Origin: the human T2T-CHM13v2.0 reference genome, Homo sapiens
Assembly: GCF_009914755.1 (NCBI RefSeq)
Contig: NC_060942.1
Strand: one strand, 5' to 3'
DNA length: 64,000 nucleotides
The position numbers and the translations under genes are program-made. Positions 33,995 to 50,060 of the stretch are shown one piece after another. Within the stretch, counting starts at the first letter, position 1. Each line of letters opens with the position of its first letter. The notes under the pieces were generated by a model. The model saw nothing but the letters and a program-made list of their open reading frames with translations. It made no database searches and was not told the DNA's origin.

Positions 33995-34151
33995 TTGTTG
34001 CCCTTGCTTTCGACTTCCAATCGTGGAGAGTCCTCAGTGGATACATAATCTTTGGACCAGGAGAACTCGGACTTTGGAGTCATCTTATCACACTCGAAGT
34101 TCAATGAAATGACTCCATCATCATCCACATTTACAACAACCTCTTTGGTTC
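33995..34151 (-). CDS. MYOM1: MYOM1 exon 23 (157 nt), Ig My9 N-half: GTKEVVVNVDDDGVISLNFECDKMTPKSEFSWSKDYVSTEDSPRLEVESKGN(K)
   Basis: Contained in ORF 33991..34197; ttgtag|GA, AA|gtaagg; phase 1 to 2. Confidence 0.97.
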
Positions 34152-34521
34152 CTACAAGATCAAAAAGAAGGCACTGATACTTCGTGGAGGAAAGCAACCA
34201 AGTAAGAATTTGTTACCTTGAGATTCTTTACTTTAACCCTAAAGTAGGGCCCTGATCCTAGGTCAGGGAAAAGCTTCACTACTCATGCAGGTGGACAGTC
34301 CTACTCCACAATTCAACTTTTATGCCATAACATGAAATTAGATGGTTGCACCACATTTCTTAGGTAGAGTCAACACCATGGACAGTATTGTTTGTGATGT
34401 GACTGATGGTACAGTTATGGGAGTGGATTGATTGCAATGAGGAAACAAGGCAGCTTTGGGAAAAGGGAAAGTCAATTGATCTTTATCAGACCCTCATTCA
34501 TGACTTTTGTTTCAACAATAT

Positions 34522-34728
34522 CCACATGCAATCAGTCATCAGGGAAGGATAGAGATGAAGAACCCAAAAGGAAATTGAATGGGAGAAAGTCCGCATGCAA
34601 TCAGTCATCAGGGAAGGATAGAGATGAAGAACCCAAAAGGAAATTGAATGGGAGAAAGTCCGCATGCAATCAGTCATCAGGGAAGGATAGAGATGAAGAA
34701 CCCAAAAGGAAATTGAATGGGAGAAAGT
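34522..34728. repeat. Tandem repeat, 3 x 69 bp
   Basis: Units 34522-34590, 34591-34659, 34660-34728; one mismatch (ccacat vs ccgcat) among copies. Confidence 0.97.
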
Positions 34729-36304
34729 AGAGAGACTAAGAATAGCCTATATTCACATATTCAAAGTCTTTAAGTCATTTAAGAGTGGAGAAATATATGG
34801 ATGCCTGCTCTGTGGATCACAGAACCATAAATCAATTTAAAGATGCCCCTCTAGATTAGAGTGATAGCAACTGAGAAATGACTATTATTGAACTGCATGG
34901 AAATTTAAATGGAAATGAGTTTCAAGAGATTCAGCTCTTTCAGGAAGATTGGTTTTTGGATTAAAAAAAATTCAGTTAGTGTTTTGAGTTATTCTATTTT
35001 TGAGAGTTATAATAAATTGCACCTGCACCTAATAGAGAATTCAAGGAGAATTTGTACAGCATATGAAACATTCACATCTATGCCTAAATCCAGTTGAAAG
35101 GAGTAAAATGCTCTACTCAGATTTATACTCATTCAATTGCCAGTCTAAACTTGGTTTGTTTCAGTACATTAGGAAAAATATATATAAAATATATTACATT
35201 TAATCCCAGAAAAGTACAGCTGTATTTTTTTAAAAAGCATAAAAAAACCTTCCAAAAGAATTGAATATTTTCTGTCTGGATTGTATTACAAGAGGCCAAC
35301 ATCCTGGCCTACTGTCCAATAAAACTTGTTAGTGGAAAAAAAATTGCAAACGTTTTCCCAAGGGAAGGCCAAGAGGAAACCAGTGCCCAAATTGTGCCTG
35401 GCAGGATGATCTTGGTTCCTGAGCCTGATAGTTGATCTAACTTGTGTCCGTACAGATGGCAGTGTATGCTTCAACTATAAACTTCCAAAAAGTGATTGTT
35501 AGCACATGCAAAGCTTAGAGAAGACTGGTTCTAGAAAATTTTTTAAAATTCCTTTTTCTTAAACAAAGGGCTACTTTCATATTTGGTTACATAAAGTGAA
35601 ATAACAATCAATTAAAGGCTTAAGTATTCCTTAATTGTCCACCATATGTTACTTTTAAAGGGCTATATGTATTCCATTGTAAGTTGCAGCCCACATTTTA
35701 TTTCTATTCCTGATAACACGTGACTAATCTTCACACTCTATTTTCGTATAATAAATGTTGAACAAATGCTTTTATTAAAACTTAAGAAAAGGCTAACACT
35801 GAAGAGTGTTGAGGTTTAGACTGTATTATAATATACAGTTTGTGTGACTGAGTCACAGAAAGAATGTAAACAGAAATTTTTGTATATCTGTATTGTTACA
35901 GAGAGAAAAGAAGTGAGGTAATCTTGCTTTTTGCATAATCTCTATTTTGGAAGCATGACAGATTGCTTATATTAATCATTCATTGTTCTATCTGTGATCC
36001 CTTTTTAAAAGGAAGTGAATCATCCATATGCTTGTTGTTTATTACATTAGAGGTATGACAAGTGTACAACAAAAATATTGGTTAGCTTAAGAATCTTGAT
36101 TGTGAAAGATTTGACTTTTCTGAAAACAAAATAGCCACAAAACAGAAAGAATACGAACAATTTAATCAGCCTCGCCATTCTCTAAATGCTGTAGATAACT
36201 TTTGTAGTGTAACACCTCACCCATTTGGAAAACTGCCCAAAACCAAGAAATAAGGAAAATAAGCCTCTAATACCAGTTCTGATGTGACAAAGTCCACACA
36301 CTAG

Positions 36305-36673
<369 letters not shown>

Positions 36674-37163
36674 TAACAAGCCTACTTGGTTGGTTTCTCT
36701 CAGTAGATTAAAAAAAGACAGGGAGGTAAGAAGCTACTATGAGCAGGAGCATTGAGAATAAAGAAAATGACAGCAAGAAAGGAGGGAGAAAAACTAAAAA
36801 GCAGGCACAAAAACATTATTTGCTATAGGGGCAGATAGCTTCTCCACCCCATAACAACATTGCTGTATCACAACACTGTGTATTAAATAAAGGTGATACT
36901 TACGGCTCTGAGTCACAGAAAAAGGTAAATAAGATTCAGTATACTGCATCCAAGAAGGATGAAAAGCTCTTATTGAATTGCATACTTTATTTTAAAACGA
37001 TTTTCATCAGAAAGTCTTAAATGAAATTTTAAAGTATTAATGCTTTAGCGGTAAACCCTCAGGCAAATGGAACAAATGGTCATCTAAAACAATAATTTGT
37101 TCAGGTTTTTGAATGGCCAAATTTGGTCCCAAACCCATGAAACTTGGAGAATAAGAAAATCCT

Positions 37164-37493
<330 letters not shown>

Positions 37494-37530
37494 TTACTGA
37501 GCAAAGAATATAGAGCTGAATCACTGAAGT

Positions 37531-37860
37531 ACATTGGTCCTTCATATCTATGGGTTCTGCAACCGTGGATTCAACCAACTGTGGATTGAAAATACTTGGG
37601 GAAAAAACAATAAAAGTAACAACACATCAATAAAAACAATGCAAATTAAAAAACAATACAGTATCCCAACTCTTTACATAGCGTTTACATCATATTAGGT
37701 ATTGTAAGTAAGCTAGAGATGATTTAAAGTATAAAGGAGGATGTCTGTAGGCTATGTGCATATGCTATGCCATTTTATGAAGGGTCTTGAGTGTTCCTGG
37801 ATTTTGGTATCCACAGGGGGTCCTGGAACTGATCCCCCAGGATAAAGAGGGATAACTGTA
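37531..37860. mobile_element. MER2 (TcMar-Tigger MITE)
   Basis: gtggattcaaccaactgtggattgaaaata and ggggtcctggaactgatcccc motifs; TA-flanked ends. Confidence 0.8.
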
Positions 37861-38106
37861 TTCTGAAAAATAAACTTTGTAAAGCATTTCGAGATCTTTT
37901 GTGAAAATATGAAATGAAACAAAAGATGTTGCTTATTTGCCTTTTTAAATAAAAGATGTTATTTTTAGGTTCTAAGCCACATCTGTGTTTCAACTTCAAC
38001 CTATGAGTCGTACATCATTACCTTATAGTTGAGCTGTAACATAAGAAATGGGATCATGCATACTTTTTAGAAAAGAATGTGGAAATTTTTTCAAAGTCTT
38101 ACATTA

Positions 38107-38469
<363 letters not shown>

Positions 38470-38709
38470 TTAGCTGTAATATCAATCAGTATCTAAGAGT
38501 TTCCCTTATCTGTGAAGCTTTTCTTGATTAATTATGTCAAATCAGTATATCATAAGCAATATCTGTAGTGGGTAGAAAAGAGAGGCATGAACATTTCTTC
38601 AATTTATGCACACATAATTGTGGGTGCTACTGGTGGATTTATTAAATAAATGAACAATAAAGGAAACAAATAAAAACTATTAAAACTATATTTGGCACTT
38701 AAGGTTTAA

Positions 38710-39007
<298 letters not shown>

Positions 39008-39297
39008 AGGTTTAAAAATTAAAACTGGCTAAGAGGATTATTTGATTGGATATTCATTTTTCAAAAAGTTGCACTGGTTGTTTAGTTTATTGAGAATAGG
39101 GTTAAATTCCACAAATGTCTTATATTTCCCCTACCTATTTACACATGCAGGACTGGATTGAGATTTAAAAAAACCATCTTTAAAAGATAAATGCCAGTTT
39201 AAGATTATGACATTTATTTTATTGGAAACTGTCTTGTTAAAGCTAAAGTATAACACCAATATTTTGATAAAGAGGTGAGAGGAAACAAAATTACCAA

Positions 39298-39887
39298 TGA
39301 AACCGCCTTTGCAAAATTATGACATAGTTGACTTCATCTTGTTTCTGACCTCCAAGCTGCCCTTGGTCATTCCTGAGCACAGGCTAAGCTAACTTTGGGA
39401 GAAGGTTAGTTTATAGTTTAACTTGAAAGCAAGAATGATAATAGTCCTCTCTGTTCAGGGGCTGAAACCACTAATGGGAGGTTACAAGACAGGTGTAGTT
39501 TCTATTATCCCTTACTGCTTAGATGTTATGTGGCCAGAGGTCACAAGATCTGTGAGCTTCCCAGTTGCTCCTATAGATAACATCAGTATTGTAGAACCTA
39601 AGATTGTTTTCTTTTAGATGTTTTTAAGACTGACCCCACCCAGACTCCTGACTTGTGACTCAATTTACTTTCCCCATTGTAGGCATCTTGGTCTTCTAAG
39701 TCACTCTTAAAAAAATGCCCTTACTCAAAGAACCTCTGAGCCTTCAGGGAGACTGATTTGACTGATAACTCTAGGTCACTCGCTTCAGCTGGCCTCAGGT
39801 CAATTAAATTCTCAACTGCAATGCTGCAGTCGCAGTGGATTGATTTTGTCTATGCAGTGGGAAGGGAGAACCTAATGGGCGATTACA
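39298..39887 (+). mobile_element. LTR8/LTR8A-like ERV1 solo LTR
   Basis: Starts tgaaaccgcctttgcaaaattatgac, ends gggcgattaca; imperfect TSD ccaa/ctaa. Confidence 0.85.
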
Positions 39888-40126
39888 CTAACAAAGAAAA
39901 TATTCTAGTGGCAGTGGGTTTCCTACTTAATTTTATACTCAGAATTTGAAGCTGGATCTCCTCCTTGATAAATTTGATGAGGAATTAAATAATTATTTAA
40001 ATAAGGGTCCTGTACATAGTAGACAAAAAATTCTATTGCAATTTAACAAAAGGTACATGATACTCAAATGGATGATTCTTTCTATAGATGCCCTAGCAAA
40101 ACCAAAGCCCATATATTAGCCTATAA

Positions 40127-40875
<749 letters not shown>

Positions 40876-42221
40876 AATTTTCTCTTTAGAATATCCCACA
40901 ACTTAGCTGAGGTTTTCCAGAGCTGAGCTCCTATCAATTAATTATGGTTGAACTCTGAGAAATGCCTAAAGAGGCATATTCTCTCAAGTTGATTGAGGGA
41001 TGTGGTTCTGATAATTAATGGGCAGGAAGCAAGTTTGATGTTCTGCTATCAAAGTAAAGTGGTCTTTGTGGTATTCTTATCCAGATGAGAGGCCATCCCA
41101 CTTTCCCACAAAGTTGGGCTGGAAAAGTGGACCAAAATTTGGCATAACTTAGATTTTCTCAGAAACAACCTCTTAACCTGCTCATGAATGTGAAGAACTT
41201 AACTAAGATCTCAGGAGGTTTATGTATAGAACATGAGAGAGTTGTTGTCGTTGTTGCCTAAAAAGGATTTAAGAAGAGTTGTCACTAGTCAACTCCTCAA
41301 CCTAAGCGAATCCTTAATACAGACACAGAGATAACTGATTTTAACAGATCTCATTTTACATTACTATTATTATTATTTTTTCTTTCCTATTCTTTTCTAA
41401 TAGAGACAGGTCCCACTATGTTGCTCAGGGTGGTCTCCAACTCCTGGGCTCAAGTGATCCTCCTATCTGGACTCCCAAAGTGTTGGGATTACAGGGCCAA
41501 GACAGCATTCCAATGATCCCTCCAAGGCTTGCCCAGAACTCCTGGTATCCTAATGGGTTCAAGTGTGGCTCAGGACTAAAATGAACTATTTGGAAATTAA
41601 CTCATTTCATCCCACTTTTCTTTCTCTTCCCCACAAAAAATGATAATAAAGGATAAAATTTAAAAGCTTAAATAAAATCACAGTAAACTGTTCACGTTCC
41701 TATACATTTTGTAATCTGATATGATAATTCTTTCTCATATAAAGTGTTTTACATGAGCATGAATATATCACTTTTATAAGCTTTAATTATTTGTTCTCCA
41801 TGCTGTGGGTGTGCGTGGGGGTGTGCGTGTGTGTGTGGTGATGTTTAAAAAACTGAAGCATGGGACAGAATAGAAGCAGAGGAAAGTGAGTTAATGTAAT
41901 GGGTCACGTGTAGTACTGAGCTGCCCTGGGTTTCAGACGAGGACTGGCGGCTGACCATTCAGCCTCATGCCCACCTTGGAGCCTCCACCAGACATTTCTT
42001 CCCCAGCTCACCCATCATAACCAGGGCAGGCAGTACAAGACGACTGGGGTGAAGTGCACACACTGAGGCTTCAAGACAGTGTCACACTCACTGGCAAACA
42101 TGCTAGTCATTCATTATTTTTTCATTTAATAAATTAGCTATTATATACCTGGTACTATGTTAGACTCTCAGCACATGTACAGAAAAGACACAGTTCCTAT
42201 TTTGAGGAGCTATGGTCTAAA

Positions 42222-42486
42222 GTACAGTTCACAAGCCTGTTTTCACACTGGAATTACCCAAATTGCTAAGTAAACAAACAAACAGCAATAAGCCTATGTT
42301 CAGGTACCCAGCCTAAGAGATTCTTTTTTTTCTTTTTTTTTTTTTTAGAATATCTGATCTTCTGTCATCATCCCATCAGCCCTAAAGATCCTGATTTAAT
42401 TGGTCTGGAGTTGAGTCCAGATAGCAGTATTTTCAAAACAGTCCTCGTATGATTCTAATGTACAGGCAAGATTGAAAACTACGGTT
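42222..42486. mobile_element. MER5A-like hAT element interrupted by a short poly(A)-tailed insert
   Basis: agattc|tgatttaattggtctgg and tgattctaatgtacag motifs of MER5A. Confidence 0.6.
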
Positions 42487-42534
42487 CTAGCAGATGAAAG
42501 AGATCAGTTAGCAAGCAAATACAAGTGCAGTTTT

Positions 42535-42842
<308 letters not shown>

Positions 42843-45052
42843 AGGTGCAGTTCTCCAAATGAGCCAGCTGAGCTCATCTTTTAAAGTTAGTCTGGCTTCC
42901 TGTTTTAGAATCCACTTCATGACTCCACCACTTGGCCACTGAGCACACATTTGCCTTCTCATTCCTGCCAGACTCTGGAACCAACCAGTGTTTAGACACT
43001 GGGATTGTAATGAGCTCTTGCTTAGTAGGTTATCAACTCAATCTCAACTCATCATTCCTTCTGGTAATGCTTTCTCCTAACCTGCCTTGCTCCTTGTGAC
43101 CAAGCTAACTTCTATAATCCAGTTTTTGCTTGGGACCCAGCCCATCACCTGATTCTCCTGCCCACTGCTCGGTTTCTCTGGTAAGAATACCTGTGGTCTG
43201 TACTGCCAGCTATGGTCCCCTCCAGATCACCTGCCAGGCTTTGGCAGGTCTCTCTCTTGTCTTCCATCTGATCTGGCTCACCTGGCCTTCACCTCCACCC
43301 TAGGCCTGATGCAATCAGCCACAGCTACTGTTTTAAAAATATCTAATATCAAGGAGAGACCAGCCTTTTTTATGTGCCAACTCATCCACATTAAGTATGT
43401 TTTACTCCATTCTTTTATAGGCTTCTTTAGCTAATGGATTTCTTGGTAAAGCATGACACACTCAGTCCATTATCTGGATTCCTACTCCCAGCACAATTAG
43501 ACAAGAATACATCCACTTGCAACGTATTCTTTGACTTCAAAGGGAGACCAGTGATCCTATCAACCCCGGAAGATTAAGTTAACTTTTAAAGTGGAATTCA
43601 AATTATACTTGAAGTATCTTGTTAGATGTATTTGTGGTTTGCTATTACGAGATAAGCTTTGTTTTCTAACTGAAATTTTAATAATGCATCCCCCCAAAAG
43701 TTGTTCTTCTGAAATAGCAATCCAAGTTTCATACCCCAAATCTTGAAGTTGATAACATGCTCCTCTGACATGTATTCTAACATAAAATAAATAAAATGGG
43801 TAAAAGTAATATGTTGATATCTAATAGAATGAATACAAAATTTTAGGCTACATATAAAGCTTTTATAGGGACTTATAAAACCTTGCTACCTAGTTTATAG
43901 CCTATTCGGCTATAAGAAATCTTTTATGAACAGCTCTCCTAGCTCTCGTCATCCTATGCTGTAAATACTGTCTTTTCCATTAGATTGCAAGCCCAGTGTG
44001 CAGTGATGATGTCATATTATTCCTGGGGCCCAAACGGCACCTGACACACAGTAGGAGCTCAAGAAATACATGTGGCAATAATGAGTGTGTGTCTACTGCA
44101 TATAAAACAGGCTCAGATGTCACGGGGTTTTGGTGCTCTTTCACAGGAAAGCATTTGCACTTTGTGTATCCGGGGTTCTTCTCTAGGCTGCGAGCCAGTG
44201 GTTTGTCCATGGGTTAACAGGGGGCTGCTTAGCGTATCAGTGTCGCAGCCGTCTGCAGTTCGAGTCTGGGAATGGAATGGCATGCAAATGACTTTTGATT
44301 CCTTAATCCAAGTCAGTGAAACAAAACTCTCACCCAGGAGGTCACCAGCAGATCCTCTTCTGGTGGCAAAATTTCCCTAGTGATGGCTCTGTTAATGTCA
44401 TGCCCATCACCTGCCTTTCTGAGGCTACAGATGAGAAAATAAGACATTGATTTAAGCTCTTTTAACAATCATATTTGGAACCCATGGCTTCCAGGGTGCT
44501 TTTGATGTAGCACTGACTAGATTAAGAGTTCACTTGTGTAGCAATCTATGTTGTTCTGAGAGCAAACTCTGCCCTTGGGTCCTTGGAGATGTCCATTTGG
44601 CACCTTTACTATCCACATAATTGTCAGCTGAAGGGTTTGATTTCTACAGGAATATGTGTTCTGGTGTCTTTGTGTGTTACCTTTTACCTGGTGTATACGT
44701 TCCTAGCATTTTTCTGTTTTCTCATGAAGTTTTGCAAAGGTTATTTATACGCAGTGTGGTACTTCTTACAGACACCTACCACGCTTTTGTCTAAGAAAGC
44801 CACTTTTGTCAGACCCAGGTCCAGAGAGTAGTTCTAAGACTAGCTGAAAACAGGTTATGAAGAAATAGGATGAAAGGGAAAGATATTTTCTCAAAGGGTT
44901 CATTTTATATTCTTTTCAAGTAACATGCAGTGAAAGTAGTTTTCTATATTTACATTCTTTTCTCATCAGAAAAATAAATATTACATTCTGTATCTGTTCT
45001 TTGTTTATCTCAGCCTGAAAATAGGGACAGATTAAAGCAAAAGTGCTTGTAC

Positions 45053-45786
45053 TGTAATGCCTAACCTTGTTTTTTCACTAACCCTTTTTTAAAATTTTCC
45101 CTTTTTGTCTTTTTAATTACCTAGCCTTGTTTCCCATATGAATAGACTCTCCCTTAGCTGGGAAAGCCGGACGAACTCTATCTGGCCCCTTGATTTATGA
45201 GACATTAAGGGCTCCTTACCCAACCCCCTTCCTCAAGGAGTTAACCTGTGTAAGCAGATCCTCAGCATTTCAAAGGAGCCCAATTAACTGATAAGGTACT
45301 GGAACAAACAATGTATGAAGTTCCCAGGATTTTGCTCAAAAAGATAACAACATAAAGCCTTGAGTCTGTGTCCTGCATAGCATCCATATCTAACTCTTAT
45401 GAAAGATTTAGAGCTTAAATGCAATAATTCTACAGAAGTAAAAACATGCAAGAATCAAAAAACAAATGGTTACAGAGAAATAAACAATTTAAAAGACAAA
45501 TGGTTACAAAAAAAGCAACGGGGCTTTTGTAACCATTTGTCTTTTAAATTGTTTATTTCTCTGTAACCATTTGTTTTTTGATTCTTGCATGTTTTTACTT
45601 CTGTAGAATTATTGCATTTAAGCTCCCCTCCCCTTCCTTAACCAAGGTATAAAAGTAAATCAAGCCCCTTCCTCGGGGCTGAGAAAATTCTGGAGCGTGA
45701 AGCCCTCTCTTGGCCGCTGGCTTAAATAACGGACTCTTAATTCGTCTCAAAGTGCGGTGTTTTCTCTAACTCGCTTGCGCATAACA
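45053..45786 (+). mobile_element. ERV1-class solo LTR (LTR6-like) containing an internal inverted duplication
   Basis: TG...CA ends, 4-bp TSD gtac on both sides; 5' end tgtaatgcctaaccttgttt resembles recalled LTR6 consensus; TATA-like tataaaag at ~45648. Confidence 0.8.
45411..45625. repeat. Perfect inverted repeat, 101-bp arms, 13-nt spacer
   Basis: 45411-45511 is the exact reverse complement of 45525-45625. Confidence 0.95.
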
Positions 45787-45840
45787 GTACTAGAAAGAAT
45801 ATAAATTTAATATAATTGGGTGATTTTAAAAACTCGTACA

Positions 45841-46215
<375 letters not shown>

Positions 46216-46357
46216 TCATGACTTTTAGCATATCCATCACCCCCCAATAATGCACATGGTACCCAGTAAGTAATTTTTCATCATCCACACCACCCTCAGC
46301 CCTCACCCTTCCGAGTCTTCAAAGTGATATACTTTATCATCTCTCATTTCCAGTGCT

Positions 46358-46653
46358 GTTTTTGTTTTTGTTTTGTTTTTTGAGACAGGGTCTCACTCTG
46401 TCGCCCATGCTAGAATGCAGCGGTGAAAACACAGCTCCCTGCAGTCTTGACCTCCTAGGTGCAAGTGATCCTCCCACCTCAGCCTCCCAAGTAGCTGGGA
46501 CTACAGGCACTCACCACCACATCCAGCTAATTTAAAAATTTGGTAGAGGTGGGGTTCTGCCAAGTTGCCCAGGCTGCTCTCGAATTCCTAGGTTCCTCCA
46601 GCCTCAGCTGCCCAAAGTGTTGGGATTACAGACATGAGCCACAGTGCCTGGCC
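46358..46653 (-). mobile_element. Alu (AluJ-like)
   Basis: Alu consensus. Confidence 0.9.
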
Positions 46654-46905
46654 TCCGGTGCTTTCCTTTATGTAACTTTAATGAACTGAAATATATGATA
46701 ACGTTGAAAAATAATACAGGTTAAATGATAAAAGAAATTATTATGTAATGATCTGAAACTCGTTGGACAATGAACACAGTAAACTTTGTTCTCATAAGAA
46801 ACGGCAAGTCTGTCTTCTCTAGTAATCACGGCATCTTTGAAACTGGGAAATGAGGGCTGCCTCGAATCTATAAACCATTCAGTTGGGACCACTGTTAGTT
46901 TAGCC

Positions 46906-47271
46906 CAGGGGTCAGCAAACTATGGCCTGTGGGCTAAATCTGGCCCATTACCTCTTTTTGCAAGGGCTGCAAGCTAAGAATGTTTTTTATATTTTTAAAT
47001 AGTTGAAAAAATTGAAAGAAGATTACTATTTCAAAACACAGGAAAATTATACAAGATTGAAATTTTATAATGCATATAACGCATCACATTATATAATACA
47101 TATAATGTGCATGATAAAGTTTTATTAGAACACAGCCATGCTCATTAGTTTATGTATCCTCAATGGCTTCTTTTGTGTCATGGCAGAGTTAAGAAGTTGT
47201 GACAGAGACCACAGGGCTGTTGAGTGATAAATATTATCTGGCCCTCCACAGAAAAAGTTTGCTGACCTCTG
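46906..47271 (+). mobile_element. MER58-type (hAT-Charlie) element
   Basis: TIRs caggggtcagcaaact / agtttgctgacctctg; 8-bp TSD gtttagcc/gtttaaac. Confidence 0.85.
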
Positions 47272-47709
47272 GTTTAAACATAATAGCTACAATTACATAA
47301 ATCCTACTTTCGTTTAAGGATTGTGCCCACTAGCTGGGCTGTTCTAGCTTCCCCTATGATTGGGAAAATATTCTTATGAGACTTAATGGCCAGGGTGTAA
47401 TAGGAATAACATTCCAGGAATGAATGCTTGGAACAGTTGGTCCGGGAAGCTTAACTTGATCAAGAACTTCCGGGTTTTTAGGTATGCATCAGAACAGCCC
47501 CTAGACCACTTCAAACCTGGCTCAACCCTGTCCCGAGGTGCCTGTGATGGGACCAATGACTGTCATGTTCTAAGATCATTACTTATCAATTATATTCAGA
47601 TAGCACACATTGATTGTTTTGAAAATTAGAGGAAAGCACAGAAACGCCGAACCTTAGTTCAGTATCTTACACAGATAGGATTAGTTTTAATGAAAAGGTG
47701 AAAGCCCAC

Positions 47710-47824
47710 CTGGACGGGTCTCTGCCACAACAGGGCCAGCAAGGTCAGATGGCTTCCCAACTCCCGCCTGGTTTATGGCTCGAACACGGAACACGTAGCT
47801 GACGCCCTCCTTGAGGCCTCGAAC
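47710..47824 (-). CDS. MYOM1: MYOM1 exon 22 (115 nt): VRGLKEGVSYVFRVRAINQAGVGKPSDLAGPVVAETRP(G)
   Basis: FN3 C-half motif YxFRVRAxN; taccag|GTT, G|gtgggc; phase 0 to 1. Confidence 0.97.
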
Positions 47825-48583
47825 CTGGTAGAAGCAGGTGTAGAAGCAATGGGTGTTTGATGAAGCAGTGGCTGTTTTATGTCATTTAAACAGACGGGGC
47901 TCTTCCTCTGTAGTAATGATTTAGTGACCTAGCACCAGGGATACAAGACTTGTGGTCTAGATTTGATTCTGTCAAACACTAAGCAGGTGACTTTAGCTGT
48001 AGATGGTCTTCTCTCTAGACCATCTGTAGATAGAAAGGAGTTTCCAATATCCATTCTCACTTTGATGTTTCTCCTTTTTAGTTAATTTAGTGGCCACCAA
48101 CATCAGAAACAGAGACTAGTGTACGTAGGTGTCACATGCGTTAGCCACTGTATTCTTTGGTCAAAAGGACAAAATACAAAGTGCTCATTATAGCATATAT
48201 GTCGCTTTTCCCCCCAATCCTTTTGAGACATTCCATGAATAATTTCAGATGAAATTCTTGGCAAAAGAGGAGAATTAAAAGCATGAATCATGAACACTTT
48301 CCATTTCTTTAAAAGCATGTTAAACTACTAAAACCAAAACAAACAATAATTGTTCCTGTAAATTTAATATAGCTATTTCTTACTAAATAGACATGAAATT
48401 AACACAATTGTGAGTTTGAATAATTTGTGAATAATCAAAGTGTATTAAAATTCTAAATCCTCAAATTTTTAATAATCAAGATGTGTGCTGAGAATCCACT
48501 ACATATGTGCCACTAAGCTAGAATTACAAAAAGCTGTAAAAAAAAAGTATTTATAATTTATTTTTGTATGACAATCCCACTTC

Positions 48584-48714
48584 GTGTATATATACACACA
48601 CATACATATATACACACATGTATATATATATACACACACATCTATGTGCGTATATGTGTATGTATATATATGTGTGTATGTGTGTGTGTGTATATATATA
48701 TATACACATATGTA
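48584..48714. repeat. Compound (TA)/(CA)/(TG) microsatellite
   Basis: About 130 nt of nearly continuous purine-pyrimidine alternation. Confidence 0.9.
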
Positions 48715-48717
48715 TTT

Positions 48718-50060
<1,343 letters not shown>

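Noticed and set aside
34522-34728. Possible CRISPR-like array
   Set aside because: Head-to-tail units without unique spacers, in eukaryotic intronic DNA.
34428-34730. 100-aa ORF with a 23-aa triple repeat and NLS-like PKRK
   Set aside because: Product of the 69-bp tandem repeat; non-ATG start, antisense in an intron, no splice or promoter support.
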